DNA of 64,000 nt from the human T2T-CHM13v2.0 reference genome, Homo sapiens, in the NCBI RefSeq assembly GCF_009914755.1, contig NC_060942.1; one strand, 5' to 3'. The notes beneath the pieces are model-generated. The model made no database searches. It saw only the letters and a program-made list of their open reading frames with translations, and had not been told where the DNA came from. Numbering within the stretch: the stretch's first letter is position 1; each line of letters starts with the position of its first letter. Below, one piece after another: positions 37,356 to 50,560 of the stretch. Position numbers and translations under genes: made by a program.

Positions 37356-39774
37356 CTCCCTTATCTTAATGTAAGCATTTCTTTGTACTGACTTTAAGTC
37401 TTTAGACAAAGCTTAACTCTTTCATCAGATTGCCAGTCAGAAAAACTTTGAAACCACCTATGACCTGTGAGTCCCCGCTTTGTGATGTCCCACCTTTCCA
37501 AGCCAAATCCACACACATTTTCCATGGTATTGATTTATATCTTTGCATGTAACTTCTGTCAACCTAAAATGTATAAAACCAAACTGTAATGCAACTGCCT
37601 CAGGCTCACTTTCTTAGGACCTCCTGAGACTGTTCCCTAGGTCATGTTCACTCATATCGGCACGAATAAACCTCTTTAAATATTTCATAAAGTTTGGCTT
37701 TCTTGTCAACAACATCATTAACTTTTTCCCAACTTAATACCTGGATGGTCTTTCTTCTTCCAGATTCCTCTGTGGATCATCTATGTGTATGCACTGATAG
37801 TCCTGGGCTGGGTAGTGTGCATTTATCAGTGGGCAGAGAGCACTGTATAACACTATGAAAAGTGGCTAAGAGATAGTGACCCATTGTTATACAATCTAAC
37901 ATGTATAGTCTAGTGTTACAGATTGGACCTTGGTTAAAAAGAAAAAAAAAACAAAGCAAGAACTAATGCAAATGTGCTGTATCAAGGTAAAGGCATTAGA
38001 ATATATGGTGCTTAGTAATATTGCCTGTAATCCAGTTCTCTTGCCCAGTCTGGCCTGTCTCTCAATGGCTATCAATGAATCTTCGCTAAGACATTCACTA
38101 ATTATGTTGTGACCCCTTCCTAAGAATTTCTGCAAAACTAAAAGCATTTCTATTTTACCTTTCTACAACTCTTTACTATACATTCACACATTACCTCATA
38201 ACAATTCCATGTAGTAGATGTTATCCTTGTTTTTTATGACGTATAGAGTAAGGAGTTATATACACAAAAGTGACATTCCATGTTTGCCTTTAACCCACAG
38301 TGTGACCTTGTTTACATGGTATAGCCTCTCTGAGTCTTAGTTTTCTCACCCACAATGTGGCAAAAAATAGGAGTCAAATAATGACAATAAAGATTTAACA
38401 ACAATAAAGTTTATTCTATAATTTGTACTTCATAATTTGCTATTATTTAATATTGTAGTATTATTATTTAGTTTATCTAATATGTTATTTAATATAATTT
38501 GTCCTTAATAGTTAATTATTTAATACCATTTTTAGCTTTAAAGTATTTTTATATACCAGGAGGTCAAATATACAAAACTGTTAAAATTGTGTGTCAACTG
38601 AGAATAAATGAATCTAGCATAACTATGTGAATTAAATGCATGAGTATTTCTAAGCACATTTTATTATAATTATTTTGGATGTTCATAGATGTTATTTTTA
38701 CCCCTTTCTTCACTTTTTTTATATTTCAAGAAGCCGAAGTTTTCAGAAAGCTGAGTACCAGATAAGTGAGCCCTTTCCCTGACTTATTCTCAGCACTGTC
38801 ACTGTGTAAAAGACATTTAACATTTCATGTTTCAATTTCTTTATCCACAAACCGGAGGCCATCATCCTGACCTGCATCATCAAAAAGCAATTTCTATTAG
38901 CAAATTAATGACTGTTGAGGCAGCTATCAATGCTGAGTTTCGTTCATATTAGATTGGGCTTCAATTGCCAAACAGAAAGTGAACCATTCCAGGAAGCCCC
39001 TTCGGGAACAAGAGTTTAAGTTTTTTCTCTTTCTGGCCGTGAAGGAAAAGTACTGGTCAAAGAGAAGAGGGAAAGGCAAGGGGGAGGAGAAGGGCAGGGA
39101 AGAGAGGAGATAAAACAGTTCAAGGTTGTATTTCCCTGACTTCATTCCTGCAATGTTGGCCTTACCCTTTATGACAAGGTCTGGGGAAGATGTAGTTTAT
39201 GATGTGCTTCAAGTGTGATAAAGAAGCTGAGAGGAGAGCCTGGGAAGGGTTAGGTGTCCTTGAGGACCGGATGGGCTTGAGTACTCTGTGAGGATGGATG
39301 TTATTAAATTGAATTATTATTATTAGCACTTAGGTAATGTGAAGAGGAAAAGGAGGAGAAAGGAAAGAGAGCTAAATTAAAACTCCATATGGGTCACATC
39401 GTGAGAGAATTCTGAGAGCTGCAGCTGACCTGTAAATATGGCACGGACTACTAAGTGAGGAGCTGGTTATTCAGTAGGCTCTCCTTAATTCTACAAAGAA
39501 TGGGTTTTACTGGGAGTTTAATTCTGAAAGTATGGAAGCAAGCCTGTGCCTGTTCTATGGTTTCACTGAGAAATGAAGATATAACTCAATAGGATTTATA
39601 GAGTCTGCTCTTTGAATAACCTCTGCTCCAGTCAAAACGGATTCTTCTCCTCTGGTACCCCTGTATTTGCCCATGTTAATCCACCTTTCAGAGCACCTTC
39701 ATGCTCTTCTAATCTGAGTCATATTCTCCCCACCTTTCATAGGCCAGCTTTGAAATTGCAGTCATCATTTTTAT

Positions 39775-39990
39775 TCGTGGTAGTTAACATTTATGAAGCA
39801 CTTACCATGTGCCAGGCACTGTGCTGAGTGCTTAGCATTTATTACCTCATTTTATCTTCACATGTGCACTATGAGGAAGATTTCATTGACCCTATTTCAC
39901 ATTTGAGGATCTTATTTTAGAAAGGTATATAGTTTGACCCCAGGGCTCACAACAAGTGTCAGAAATGGGTCTTAATTCTGATTCTTTCTG
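39775..39990 (-). mobile_element. MIR SINE
   Basis: AACATTTATGAAGCACTTACCATGTGCCAGGCACTGTGCT... Confidence 0.8.
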
Positions 39991-40699
39991 ACTTTGTAAT
40001 TCTAAATTCTACTGGACTCCTTAAAGCATAAGCAGATAACCCAAATTCATACTGACTTGTAAATCCTGTCAGATGCTCTTCATTTCTGTTGATTCTCCTA
40101 AGAACACAAATCAAAGAAATGGAATAAATTGGGAGAGATTACTAGAAAATTCCATGTTCTGAGGAAGAAACAGAATTTGGGATGGGGTGGTGCTTTCAAG
40201 TCCTTCTCCAGTGGTCAACAAAGCAAATGGGATTTTGGCATTGGTGGATGAGTTCTATGAAGGAGAAATAAAGGGAAAACACTTATTTTGGAGGTAGTGA
40301 AGTTACTACTCTGAATGGAATTATTATCCTGAGGACTATCTTGTTGCTGATTTTGATAAACACAGAAACAATAATTAAAGTACCAGTAGAAGACAACTTG
40401 AGTCAAAGAAAGTGGTATATAGTATAGAGGAGGAAATGCTGAAAAGCTGGCCTGTAAAAACATGAGACAATTTACTTATATCACGTCTTTCAGGTCCTGT
40501 GGGGCAGGTACTGATGCATATATTTCTATTATTATATTACTTGATCTATTAGCAGTTCTTATATATAGCTGTTTAATCCATCAACTATTGAAAGATTATC
40601 TCCTAGTGAAATTCTTGTTTACTTTCCCTTTTAAGTTCCACAATGGAAACATGTTCTCTTCCCATTTAGGGTTTTCTTTTATTTCATTAACCTCTATCT

Positions 40700-41830
40700 C
40701 CTCACTTCTCCAATCTCTATATCTGTAAAGGTTGGTGTGCGCCATGATTGCTATTTATTTTCTCTGGGTGACTTGGTTCACCTTACCTATTCTCCTTGCT
40801 TTGCTTGCATTTGTGAAAGAGTCTGCAAAATATCATCTCTATCCTGGCCTGTTTCTAGACATTTCAGACTAGAATGTATACTGATATTTGAAAGTTCTAC
40901 ATGATTGCCTAAAAGCCATCCAAAACTCTAACTGGGTAAAATAGAAAAAAAGGTAATTCCTAATTTCTCATTGAAAAATTATTCCCCCAATCACTCTTCT
41001 CCATCTCTGTAAAAAATACCACCATCCAGTTTGTTGTACACATCTAGAATGTAGGTGTTATCCTTGTTTCCTTTCTTTTACCCAACTCACCATGCTCCTT
41101 CCTTTAATAAGCATCATCAATTTTTCCTCTAAAACATTTCTCAATTTGGTTCACTACTCTAAATCTCCACTATTACTCAATTCAAGGATAAATAATCTAT
41201 TTCCTGGACTCTAACCATAAACATCTACTTGTTTCCTGATTATCTATGTGTCCAAGTCACCCTCCAAAAGGCCAGCAGATAGGATTCTTAAAAGACTAAA
41301 CCAGATCATGCCACTAATGTGCTCAAATCATTCATAAGATTGGTTTCCCAATAGCATGTGTAGAAATCTTCAAACCTCTGACCTCGGCCCACAAGGCTCT
41401 ATGTGTGCTGACCATCATCTCTAACTACTCTTCCTAATCCATTACGACTCAGTCACAATCATCCTTTTTCTTTTGCATGCACAACCCAAGCTCATTTTCG
41501 CCTTAGGCCTTTCTCATGTCTGTCTTCTCTGCCTGGAATGCTCTTCTCCATGATCTTTACAGAGTTTTCTATGGCCTGTTATTTCATTGCATCTGAAGTG
41601 TCACCTTATAGGCAATCTAACGTAGCTTCCTAGTCACTATGATATCACCCTTTTATCTGAAGAGCACATTATCTTCACTTGTCCTTTTCACATTTATTTG
41701 TTCTTATCGCTTTCCTTCTATCTAGAATGCCAATTTATAAAAACAAGTGTTCATTTTTATATTCCTAGAAATTAGACAATGTCTATCACATAGCAGATAC
41801 TTGGTAGATTTCATTGAAAGAAAGAAAAAA
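40700..41830 (+). mobile_element. L2 LINE fragment including the 3' end
   Basis: CCAGATCATGCCAC, TCTGCCTGGAATGCTCTTC, TAGAATG...CACATAGCAGATAC. Confidence 0.7.
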
Positions 41831-42664
41831 ATCAAAATAAATGAACAAAAAAGAAACAAGAGAGTGATCCTCTAAACCGATGAACTGAGTACTTATTATC
41901 CAAATAATGAGTTTGAAATTCGACATAAGAATATAAATGCAATATTGGAAGTGTTACCGAAATTTAGTGAGGCCAGGTGGATGATTAGAAGATGACAATT
42001 AAGATTATGCCTTTAAAAAAGCATTTAAAATAAAGGACATGAGGAAATGGCACTGTAATCAAAATAACTATTATATGCCTGAACAGATATCCCCAAACTT
42101 ATCTGAGGTACAGTGTAAACCACTTTGGTGATTGAGTAAAAAAGAAAAACAAAAGTGATATCACTGTGAGATGATACTATACAGAAAATCACTATGAACT
42201 ATATATGGCTATAGTTTTTCTAATATAGATCACAAAAATGGTACACAAAGAAGTTAAAGTGTAGAGGTGGGAGGCAGAGGACTTTTCAAACACAGTCTTT
42301 GCAATTATTTATGTAAGTGACCTGAGTATTATACTGGACCTTTTTTTTTCTCCAGTATAAAATTCAAATCAAGTCAGTCATTTTGTCCTATATGTAACCT
42401 AAATAAAACTGAGCTGCCTAAATGGTCCGGTCTCATCACAGCTATTCACTGAAAAAAATTAGTCAACTTTAATTTTTACTAAAATTTCTCAAATTAGTCA
42501 ACTTTATTTTTACTAAAATTTCTCAAAACCATGCAAAAATGTAAGAAAACATAAAAACACTTGATGAAGTGTTTTTTGCTTGTCCTGTGTGTATGCATGA
42601 GAGATAGAGAGAGAAGGGAAAAAGGGACAGGAGGTGAGAGAAAGGAAGACAGAAATTTCTAAGA

Positions 42665-42665
<1 letters not shown>

Positions 42666-42700
<35 letters not shown>
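42666..42700. repeat. (TG)17 microsatellite
   Basis: Pure TG run. Confidence 0.95.
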
Positions 42701-42703
<3 letters not shown>

Positions 42704-42999
42704 ACACATGGTACTTAGACTCAAAAGTCTTTTACTTCTCTTTAACCTCTTTTTTCTTTATTCAACCCATGTTAACTATTTATTGCACAATTACATTCAT
42801 TTTCATTTGTTTTCTTCCAGCAGTAGCTCTTTAGTCTATGCAATGGAAAAAAATTAAACAGATCTAAGGTCTTCTCAGTTCTCGTTCTTACTTACATGTC
42901 AATAAAAGCTATCCTTTCTTTTACCACTGTAACCCTACAATCTAAATATAAACAGTATGTATTGCTACCGTGCTATCTACATCTTAATATCATTTCTTC

Positions 43000-43640
43000 T
43001 TTGGCTTCCTACAATTGCTTTTCATTTGGTCTCTTTTATATCTCTCTTTGCACAGTAACTCATGCAGTATTTTAAACATAAATCTATTCAAGACACTCCC
43101 TTGCTTAAGATCTTTAACTTCTGATTGCTATGAAATTCTAAGTTTCTTCACATAGGCTGAATAGCCTTGCATGATGTGACACCTTCCTAATTTTTTAACT
43201 TGATCTTCTGCCTTAATCTACAACCCAAACTTAGCATACAAGTTCATGAGGCTTCCATCAATCCTAGAGCATTCTGTGCTTTCTCCTGATTCTGTACTTT
43301 CTCGTATCTATTCTTTTTCCACTATAATGCTCCCTTTCTCTTCTCTCAGCGAACTCTACTTATCCATCAGCTGGATCAGCTAACATATCCCTCAGATAAG
43401 CTTAAGTCTTCCTATTAAATATACTGAAAACATTATCTTTCCCTCAGTCCTCTTACAACAATTGTATTAATTTCATAAGTATTTGTCTAATTTATGTTCT
43501 CTTTCTTAGACCATAAGTTACATGAGGTCAAGGATGTTCTCATTCTAGTACTTGAAGGAATTTGAGACAAACACACAAACACACATGCACACACACACCA
43601 ACTGTTGAATATTTTAATGAATAAGTAAATGAAAAATGAA
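43000..43640 (+). mobile_element. L2 LINE fragment
   Basis: CACTCCCTTGCTTAAGATC...TTAGACCATAAGTTACATGAGG...TGTTGAAT...ATGAATAAGTAAATGAA. Confidence 0.6.
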
Positions 43641-45354
43641 TCTATTGAAGGTCTAGATCTGCAAAATGGAGAGTGTATGGCATTTTCTGACTCCCTTTTT
43701 TAAAAAAAGTTTTGGTCTCTGCTTTGATGTTTTTTAGTTTCATATTGACCCTTTATAAGAATTAGGAAACCATCAATTTATATAATTCGCTATAATAAAA
43801 AATAATCTTATTCAGTAGACTTGCAGTGATCAGAGTCTTGGGAAACATGACCATGTCATTTTGGAATTGATAAATTTGAGGAAGAAATCTGGGCCCTTTT
43901 ATAGTTAACATAGTCCCCCCCAAACTGTCTGTGAGGACACCAACAAGCATGTAATATGGGCGCTATAGCTTACCATATAGACTGTGCCTGGCTCCATCAG
44001 AATTCAGACTCTGTGCTTCCCATTGGTTATCAGTACCATTTTGAGAAACCTTCCTAGAGGCAGCAGTGATTAAAAAAATACTTTTATGTTCCACAGTTCC
44101 ATATGGATTAATATTATCTACAGCAGCTATTTTATGGGGTAATTTGTGCTTAGATGTTCTTGATGCTTGATATGTGTACTCGTTTCCTGGATTGAAGAAA
44201 ACACTCGCTTATTGCACATATGTTTACTTCACCTCTGCATTGTCAGCTCTCTCCTGCTGGAATAAAGTGATCATTATGGGAATTATTCAAGGAATTCATA
44301 TTCTAGAGGACATAAACCAAAGATAGAAAGAGGGATATGTAAACAACGTAAACCAAAGATAGAAAGAGGGAACAAGTAAACAAAGTGAAAAGGTCCCTTG
44401 TGTCTTTAAGAACTTCATTGAGAAAGATAAAAAGCAGAAGGTGGTGAAGAGCAAGAAGAAATACTGGAATCAGGAAAAGGGTGATTTTCACTCTGTACAG
44501 AACTGGAAGAAGAACATGACTCATGGTAGATAAGGTACTGTTAAAAATGACAGCAAAGGCAAGGTGATTCATTCATCTCTTATTTTTCTCTCATTTTATC
44601 TATCAAGGAGAATGATCTCCAAACTGTAAAGCATAAAACAAAATGCATAAAGAGCAGATCATGAAGGAAGATAGATGCCAGGATCTTCAAATGGCATTTG
44701 ACTGCTTTAAATAAGCTTAATCCTTGGAGTATTCAATAGATCCATGCTATGTCTTTTCCATCAGATATTTCAGAAACCTGCCAACTCCACTTCAGTATAT
44801 AATATCATTTCTGCAACTCCAACCTGGAATGGTGGCCCAAATGCTGCCTAGTGGAGCTTTTTCATTAACCAAAACTTAACATCAACAGAGACTGAATCTC
44901 TGATCCAGTGAGTAGTCCTTGACTGCTGTTCTTGGTAATTTGAATCTTACACCATTCCTGTGCTCCACCAACTGGTGGGAAACTCCTTTACTTCAACCTG
45001 GAAAATGTCCTTTGTGTGTTTAAATTGTGACTGGAGCATATCCTTCTAGGAGGCTGTATTTATCTTGCTTTGTTGAATGACTACAATTGATCTACCCTCC
45101 TCAACCATTTAGCATGTGCCCTGCCATGGCCTTTCTCTGTTTGTAATGATTAAGCTTCTTTGCTTCAACAGCCAATCCATATATAGAACGTAGACTGCAC
45201 TCATTTAAATGCCACGTCCTAGGTCTAAGCACTATCATTTTTGTTACTAGCTCTCAGTGGTACAAAGAGGAATATTATTTTTTCCTAAGCGGTTCTCAAG
45301 ATGCAGGTGAACCTTCCCTGCATCTTGGGTCTCTGCTTTAATGTTTTTCATTTC

Positions 45355-45626
45355 TGATATGGTTTGGCCGTGTCCACTGTGGGGTGGTTTTCCCCATACT
45401 GTTCTCAGGTAGCGAATAAGTCTCACGAGATCTGATGCTTTTATAAGGGGTTTCGCCTTTCACTTGACCCTCTTTCTGTCTTGCTGCCGCCATGACGCTC
45501 ACCTTCCGCCATGGTTGGGAGGCCTCCCCAGGCACACGGAACTGTAAGTCTATTAAACCTCATCTTCTTTATAAATTACCGAGTCTTGAGTATGCTTTAT
45601 CAGCAGCGTGAGAATGTAGTAATTCA
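45355..45626 (+). mobile_element. THE1 (B/C-like) solo LTR with an internal 5' deletion
   Basis: TGATATGGTTTGGCCGTGTCC start, ATTAAACCTC...TAATTCA end; TSD ATTTC (45350-45354) / GTTTC (45627-45631); only 272 bp. Confidence 0.88.
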
Positions 45627-46999
45627 GTTTCATATTCACTGAGGCACTTTGTAAGAGCAACCATTTTGCATGCTCTTCTTTAGCAGATGCCTCTCTCTCT
45701 GTCCCTCCCTTTCTTCCTTCCTTTCTTTTTTAAAAATGTTCTTGAAAAACAAGATTGTTCTTCTTTGTCTTCCTTCTGAAACCTCAGTTCTCTCATGCTT
45801 AGCCTGGCCACCTCTCTGTACAAGTCCAACCTATCTGGAACCCAGAAGGGCGTTTGACTGCATGAGTTACTTGTGCAATCAGATAAAGGACTTTTTTTTT
45901 CTTCACTGAAGCATTGCTCACTCTAGTTTGTAATAGATTATGGAAATAATATTTTATTTATAAAAACAGTCTTAGAACTATACAAGATAAAGAACTATTA
46001 TCCTATTTTTTAGAGAAGAAGTAATTATTGCAGTTCTTTTATAGCAGACTTCAGATTAAAATTTTAGTTTTATTATTTCCAATCTGAGATATATATATAT
46101 TTTTACTACATCACACTGTTTTCCTGGTGTACCAAAGCACTATCTTTTTAAAAATACAAATGTTCTTGGGGATGTATAACAGTATATTGCGTATTTAAAA
46201 GTGGAGTCCAATGTTCAATAATTTTAGAAACAGCTTAACCATGCTTTTTAAATGCAGGGTTTTGGAGGGCCTTTGACATGCTTATACAAATAAGTATCTT
46301 CCAGAGTAGGATTATAGTATGAGTGCTTCCCAGACTCATAGGGAGGGGCACAGAACACCCCTCCCAGTTTTACTCATATATAATCTTATATCATCTTCTT
46401 GTAGATCTCTTTAGGAAATGGTACCTGAATTGTTCCATGAATTTAATCACACCTTCCAATAAAACAGGGGTCTGTGAACAGGTATAAGAAAGGAAAGTGA
46501 GGAAGAAACATTATGCAACTTAGCATTCGTCTTGGAGACATAAGCATAAGAGAAAGTTGGGCAAGCCCAACTCGAGAGAGTGAAGAAAAGGCTTTTGAAG
46601 AAAAACTTGACCTAAATTATGCCTGCTTAGAATACTTTCCGGATTGTTTGTTATAAGTCACTTCAAGATTCAGTTTCAAACATCATTGTAAGCCAAGCAG
46701 ATAGATATTTGCTTAAGTTACATGACTGCTTATGAATTATCTGAAGCTGTAGTGAGTTTTTTTTTTGGAGTCCTTTCAGGTCTCATATTCCGGTGTCTTT
46801 GTAAGTCAAGAAAAGAGACCTTCAAAAACTGGAATTTGGATTTGGGAATCCCCTAAGGCAAAGCTTGTCTCTACATAGTCACCTTAAAATGAAGCCTGCC
46901 AGGAGACATATAGTCAACATGCAACTATCTTCCAACGAGTTTGTATTAATCCAAATAATTCAGCCATAATTATCACTTAACAATCAACAAATTAAGTCA

Positions 47000-48000
47000 A
47001 TATATCTTATTAAAATTGATTTTGTTATGGTTGTCCTATCCTCTTTCTTCTCTTTGGGTTAATTTTTTTCTTGCTGAAGTATATCATTTAAAATTTATTT
47101 TAGAAGTGATCTCTGCATGGTAAAATCTCTTAAATTTATTTGTCTGAAAATTTGTATTTCAATGTTTGTGATATTGTAGGTTTATTGTATGTTTATTATA
47201 ATGATGAGTGATTTTCGTCGAATACTTTGAAAAAATGTTCATTGTTTTTTCTGGCAATTCTTGTTTCTGCTGAAGTATCTGCTTACAGGTAAACTGTCAC
47301 TCCTCTGGCTCTCATGTATTTTTCTCTAGGCGCTCTTAAGATTTTCTACTCAATGTGGATGTATTAAAATTTAATTACAATATAAAATTCTTGTCAGGAC
47401 TCAGAACAGAATTTTAATTTGAGAGTTATTATGTTTTTTTATTCTGAAAAAATTTTAGCCCTTGCCACTACTAATATAGCCCTTCTTTCATTTCCTCCAC
47501 TCTCATATTCTGAAATTCCAAATGAAGGTAAGCCAAAGCCTCCAGTTCTGTTTCCCTTATCTTTTGATTGTTTTTTCTGAGTGAATTTCTCAGTATTATG
47601 TTTCTATTTATTCACTCTCTTTTTGACTTTATTCAGTCTACAGTTCACTCAAACTGTATTTTATTTCATTTTAATTTCTTTTTTTATTTCCAAGATTTAT
47701 AAGTAATTTTTTAAAAAAATCTACCAATTATTTTTTTCATTTCTGCTTTAATTAATTTGTTTCATAGTATTTTGTATGTGTGTTTTAATGGATATAATTT
47801 CTCATTTTCTCTTTGAGTATCATAATCATATTTGTTTGTAAGGCTTTGCCATACTGTTCGATAAAAATAATTTCATATGTAGTTCATTCTTTTGATTTTG
47901 TATTTTGTTGACTGTTTTAGCATTAGATTTACCTTATGTTTCTGTATTTGTGTTACAGGTTTACTCTGGTTCTTTCTCTCTCTCCCCTAAACCTTTTATT
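47000..48000 (-). mobile_element. Very old L1/HAL1-like fragment
   Basis: T-rich antisense ORF1-like sequence (TTTGTCTGAAAAT, GCTGAAGTATCTGCT, TTAAGATTTTCT). Confidence 0.45.
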
Positions 48001-48224
48001 CTTTCTCTTTGCCTCCTATTTCAGTAATCTTCTCCAATATAGAGTTTCTGTTGCGGCATCTAACCTGATCTTGAGCTCCAGCCAAGTATTAAGCCTTGAT
48101 ATGGCCTTATAGATACCTGGTCTCATGGAGAAGTCACAACTATTACCTACCTACACAGACACAGCTAGCAGATGTATTCATTTCCTGGCCATGAAGGATC
48201 ATGATGCCCACTAGAGCAGTGACT

Positions 48225-48286
48225 TTTTTATGAGACGGAGTCTCGCTCTGTTGTCCAGGCTGGAATGCAGTGGCGCAGTCGGCTCA
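48225..48286 (-). mobile_element. Severely 5'-truncated Alu (3'-terminal ~60 bp only)
   Basis: TTTTTATGAGACGGAGTCTCGCTCTGTTG...GGCTCA between perfect 12-bp TSDs AGAGCAGTGACT (48213-48224, 48287-48298). Confidence 0.88.
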
Positions 48287-48699
48287 AGAGCAGTGACTCT
48301 CTTTAAGCTACAAACTTAGAAATTTTTAACACAACTTCTTTCAGCCTCCATTTTCATGAGTAAAGCAGCTCCACCCAACATGCTACCTTTGGGCTCAGGT
48401 GTCCCATCTCACAGGGAAACTTTTCCTTTCCCTTCACCCATGAAGCCTGACAATTCCTGCATACATGCTCATAACTCAGAATTTTAGCCCCAATTTTAAC
48501 TTATTGTGTTTTTTTTTCAACTTTAGGTTCACAGAGATATTTATGTTGTTTTTAATTCAGCTACATTTTTAATATTTTATCACTTGTTCCATATGTTTGG
48601 GGCAGAGGAGATTTAAAAAAAAATTATGCTATCATTGCTATTCAAAGACTCTAATTTTCAATTATTTTAGTATGCCTCACACTTAAATGTGAATGGAAA

Positions 48700-50560
<1,861 letters not shown>

